Source of the DNA: Candidatus Woesearchaeota archaeon
GTDB lineage: Archaea > Nanobdellota > Nanobdellia > Woesearchaeales > ARS49
Assembly: GCA_038891615.1 (NCBI GenBank)
Contig: JAWADY010000002.1
Coordinates: 140,416-204,415, forward strand
Direction: 5' to 3'
DNA: 64,000 bases
The first letter of the stretch is position 1. Each line of letters opens with the position of its first letter. A program made the translations under genes and the position numbers. A model generated the notes under the pieces. It ran no database searches. It was not told the DNA's origin and was given only the letters and a program-made list of their open reading frames with translations. Positions 61,385-64,000 of the stretch are shown piece by piece.

Positions 61385-61392
61385 TTTATAAA
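61385..61392 (-). promoter_or_regulatory. TATA box (TTTATAAA) for the L1-P0-P1 operon
   Basis: Lies 63 nt upstream of the L1 ATG. This implies a leader of about 38 nt, unlike the mostly leaderless neighbours. Confidence 0.5.
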
Positions 61393-61501
61393 TATTGCGG
61401 AAACATTTCAATTTTTAGACCTTCTAAATTTTTCCCGAAGGTTAATATTAAAATCAAAAATTTGCTAAAACTTCAAATTTTTTATTAATCTCTAAGGTAG
61501 A

Positions 61502-62203
61502 TTATCTCCCAAACCTTCTTTCCCTGCTATTGTAGTCTGCTATGGCTGCAGCAAGGTCGGCTTTTTCAAACTCTGGCCAGTATTTTTTACAAAAGAAAAG
61601 TTCTGCATAGCTTCCCTGCCAGATAAGAAATCCTGAAGTACGTTGTTCGCCTGAAGTCCTTATTATCAAGTCTGGTTCACTTCTCATATAAAGGTTCTTT
61701 TCAATAAGCTTTTCATCTATATTGTTCACATCAATTTTTCCTTTCTTTATGCCATGTGCAATCCGTTTTACAGCATCAACAATTTCTGCCCTTCCTCCAT
61801 ATGCCATTGCAAAGTTAACAATGTATCTTTTGTTTCTTGCAGTTTTTTTCATCAGCGTTTTCATGCTTTCATAAACTTTCTTTGGAAACATCTCTATTCT
61901 GCCAATAAAGTTAATGCGTATGCCTTCTGAATTTAGTTTTTCGAGTTGTTTTGGTGTAGCGAGCCTATCAAACTCCCTTTTGAAAAGATTCATCAAGTGG
62001 TCAAATTCTTCTTTTGGTCTGTTGAAATTCTCAATTGAAAAGGCATAAAGCGTAACCTCTTTTATCCCAAACTCCTTGCACCATTCAATCACTTGCTTAA
62101 CTTTTTTTGCTCCCCATTCATGTCCCTTCCATGGCTCTAGCATAAGCTTTTTAGAGAAACGTCTGTTCCCATCCATTATTATTCCTATGTGTTTTAGAAC
62201 CAT
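61502..62203 (-). CDS. uppS: undecaprenyl/polyprenyl diphosphate synthase (cis-prenyltransferase)
   Basis: 'HIGIIMDGNRRF', 'LYAFSIENF.RP', 'IRTSGE.R.SGFL.WQ'. I prefer the ATG at 62203 (GGGGAG upstream) over the GTG at 62215. Confidence 0.9.
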   Translation of the reverse strand: MVLKHIGIIMDGNRRFSKKLMLEPWKGHEWGAKKVKQVIEWCKEFGIKEVTLYAFSIENFNRPKEEFDHLMNLFKREFDRLATPKQLEKLNSEGIRINFIGRIEMFPKKVYESMKTLMKKTARNKRYIVNFAMAYGGRAEIVDAVKRIAHGIKKGKIDVNNIDEKLIEKNLYMRSEPDLIIRTSGEQRTSGFLIWQGSYAELFFCKKYWPEFEKADLAAAIADYNSRERRFGR

Positions 62204-62241
62204 ACTTCTCCCCACTTTTCCTGCGGGATTGTTAAGCTATT

Positions 62242-62748
62242 TTAAAAACCTTGCGAACCATCCTGCTTCATTTGCTCAAACTGTTCAAAAAGCTTAACAA
62301 AGAGCTCCTTTCCTATTTTAAGTCCCGAAACAAGAAGTGAATTTGCCAGCAAAATTGCAGATTGCTCCTTGTTTTCAACAGGCTTTAGTCCAAAAATATC
62401 TTTCATTGTTTTTGTGCACAGAAAGCCATCATTAAGAGCAAGAACAGCTGGCTTTCCTCTTAATCTCACATCTGATAAGCGAAGGTCAACAGTCATATCC
62501 TCTTTTGCAAAGCTTCCATCAGCACCATTCTTTGCAAAGCCATGATTAAAGAGCTCGTTTTCAAAAAGTTTTTTTAGCGAATCTTGAAATCTAGAGCCAA
62601 GCTCAGGCTCCTTCTCATAGATTTTCTCAGGACTATTAATGCTACCAAGATAACTAATAACCTTTTGCCTTGGACCGTTCTTTGTCCAAGCATTTTCTAC
62701 AAGATATGCATATTTTTTGCCTTTTATTCTTTTTTGGCGAATGAACAT
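62242..62748 (-). CDS. hypothetical protein (168 aa)
   Basis: ORF upstream of, and on the same strand as, uppS. N-terminal basic segment 'IRQKRIKGKKYAYLVENAWTKNGPRQKVISYLG'. No family assigned. Confidence 0.5.
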   Translation of the reverse strand: MFIRQKRIKGKKYAYLVENAWTKNGPRQKVISYLGSINSPEKIYEKEPELGSRFQDSLKKLFENELFNHGFAKNGADGSFAKEDMTVDLRLSDVRLRGKPAVLALNDGFLCTKTMKDIFGLKPVENKEQSAILLANSLLVSGLKIGKELFVKLFEQFEQMKQDGSQGF

Positions 62749-62839
62749 AAAAAGAAATGCTTAGGCACTATTATTAAATTTTTTGAACGCTTTTAATTTT
62801 TTAAGCCTTTATTAAAAAGAAAAGAACAAGTATTTGCAT

Positions 62840-63136
62840 TTATTTTATCCCTTTTACCTGCTCTTTTAATTTTGAAAGCTGTTTTTTAAGTCGCTTTACT
62901 GCAGCAAGGACAACTTTTTTTGGCTCTTCATTCACTGTTTCTATCACAAAAGTTGGAATACCAACAAGTGGATGCTTTATGCGATAACCAGCTGCCTTCA
63001 CATGTTCATCATTCCAGAGCTCTTTTTCTAGCATCCTGCAGAAAGTATGTCCTTCTCCTTTCAACTCAAAAACAAGTCTGTTATCCTTTTCTTCAATAAT
63101 GGCTATCTCCATTGCCAAAAGATTGTCAGACTTCAT
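62840..63136 (-). CDS. rpoL: RNA polymerase subunit L (Rpo11)
   Basis: 'LVFELKGEGHTFCRMLEKEL', 'AGYRIKHPL'. Confidence 0.85.
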   Translation of the reverse strand: MKSDNLLAMEIAIIEEKDNRLVFELKGEGHTFCRMLEKELWNDEHVKAAGYRIKHPLVGIPTFVIETVNEEPKKVVLAAVKRLKKQLSKLKEQVKGIK

Positions 63137-63184
63137 TTAAAAATATTACTATTATTCTTTTCGGGCAGCATAATCTTCCTACAA

Positions 63185-63886
63185 TCAGCCAAGCTCGTGG
63201 TTTATTATTGCCGCAAGCGCGATTGCAGCTGTTTCGATCCTTAGAAGCTCTCTGCCAAGCGTTACTGGTTCAAAACCCTGCTCCACAGCCAATCTAATCT
63301 CGTTTTCAGTAAAGCCTCCTTCTGGCCCAACAATACAAAAAACCTTTGTGGGTTTTTTGTCGTGAATTAAATCTTTAAAGCATTTGCCTTCAGGAATTGC
63401 AATTAGTTTCATGTCAAAATCACTGAGTTGGACTGCTTCATCAACAGCCATTGGTTGTTCAATTTTCATAACATAAGGATTTCTACTCTGACTTGCCCCT
63501 TCGATTGAAATCTTTTGTAGCCTTTCAATGACCGTGCTGCGTGGTCTGACTATTGTTCTTGAAGTAATTAACGGGATGAATCTTTCTACGCAAAGCTCTG
63601 CTAGCTTTTCTACAAGAAATGCTTGCCTTTTTCCTTTTGGAAGGGCAACTCCTATTGTAACTGCAAAAGGCCTTGGAGGTATTCTTTTCTTTTCTAGTGT
63701 TTTGAAAACAGCTTTCTTTTTGTCGATTTCTGTGATAATTCCGACTGTTTGTAAACCTTTTCCATCAAATAATATGACCTTTTCTTTTTGCTTTACTCTT
63801 AAAACCTTTAAATGCCTAAAAATTTCCCCTTTTAGTAATTCTTCCTCTTTAGGTTCTACTGGAAAATAAAATGCATGAATGTTCAT
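63185..63886 (-). CDS. rsmE: RsmE-like SPOUT rRNA methyltransferase (16S m3U family)
   Basis: N-terminal PUA-like 'HLKVLRVKQKEKVILFDGKG' and the C-terminal knot 'IVGPEGGFTENEI..LGRELLRIETAAIA'. ATG at 63886. Confidence 0.7.
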   Translation of the reverse strand: MNIHAFYFPVEPKEEELLKGEIFRHLKVLRVKQKEKVILFDGKGLQTVGIITEIDKKKAVFKTLEKKRIPPRPFAVTIGVALPKGKRQAFLVEKLAELCVERFIPLITSRTIVRPRSTVIERLQKISIEGASQSRNPYVMKIEQPMAVDEAVQLSDFDMKLIAIPEGKCFKDLIHDKKPTKVFCIVGPEGGFTENEIRLAVEQGFEPVTLGRELLRIETAAIALAAIINHELG

Positions 63887-64000
63887 TATTAAGACCTCAA
63901 CTCTCACTTTTCCTATTTAACAGCCTTCCTAGAGCAAATTTCATAGTGCCTATTTTTATTTTAATATTTCTAAAAATCAATGGCATGCCTATGTTTTCTT

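Noticed and set aside
62242-62748. N-terminus 'IRQKRIKGKKYAYLVENAW..GPRQKVISYLG' as a transposase (IS1634-like) remnant
   Set aside because: This is only a vague resemblance to the N-terminal motif. There is no DDE region, no inverted repeats, host-like composition and an operonic position with uppS. I kept it as hypothetical.
1-64000. CRISPR arrays, rRNA genes, integrases or transposases, prophage
   Set aside because: I scanned for regularly spaced direct repeats, rRNA-like segments and recombinase motifs and found none. The only tandem repeats are coding low-complexity tracts.

Overview
Best read as a gene-dense, mostly housekeeping stretch of an archaeal chromosome. It looks like a small-genome, DPANN-like lineage, but that is inference, not proof. 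All calls were made by eye from the ORF track and the raw sequence. Hand-derived coordinates for tRNAs, small ORFs and TATA boxes may be off by 1-2 nt.

Core content:
- Translation and tRNA: archease-RtcB, glucokinase, Taw1, Orc1/Cdc6, SerRS, AlaRS, aIF5B, aRF1, aIF5A, CCA-adding enzyme.
- Ribosomal and RNA polymerase genes: L37Ae, L40e, S24e, S27ae, L1, P0, P1, RpoP, RpoE', RpoL, Spt4.
- Other housekeeping: a PIN/ATPase/KH protein, RNase HII, SMC, a DRG GTPase, prefoldin beta, an S2P protease, PEP synthase, Pcm, endonuclease IV and UppS.
- Seven tRNA genes. None encodes CCA, and two carry insertions at non-canonical positions.

I found no rRNA, CRISPR array, transposase or integrase.

Accessory or unusual parts:
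1. An A/T-rich restriction-modification cassette (about 16.5-18.4 kb) headed by a 49-aa zinc-ribbon gene. A decayed copy of that gene opens a second A/T-rich islet at about 55.9-56.9 kb.
2. A surface-protein block (18.6-26.6 kb) with a 2041-aa subtilase fused to a very sequon-rich adhesin-like body.
3. A pore-less voltage-sensor-like protein and an HPF/RaiA-like protein flanking the initiator tRNA.
4. A strikingly regular promoter architecture. A TTTATAAA box sits about 23 nt from start codons or tRNA 5' ends, and single palindromic boxes are shared by divergent leaderless genes across 52-55 nt spacers.

No single locus can be proven novel from sequence alone. The zinc-ribbon/R-M cassette and the intron-bearing tRNAs are my best candidates.
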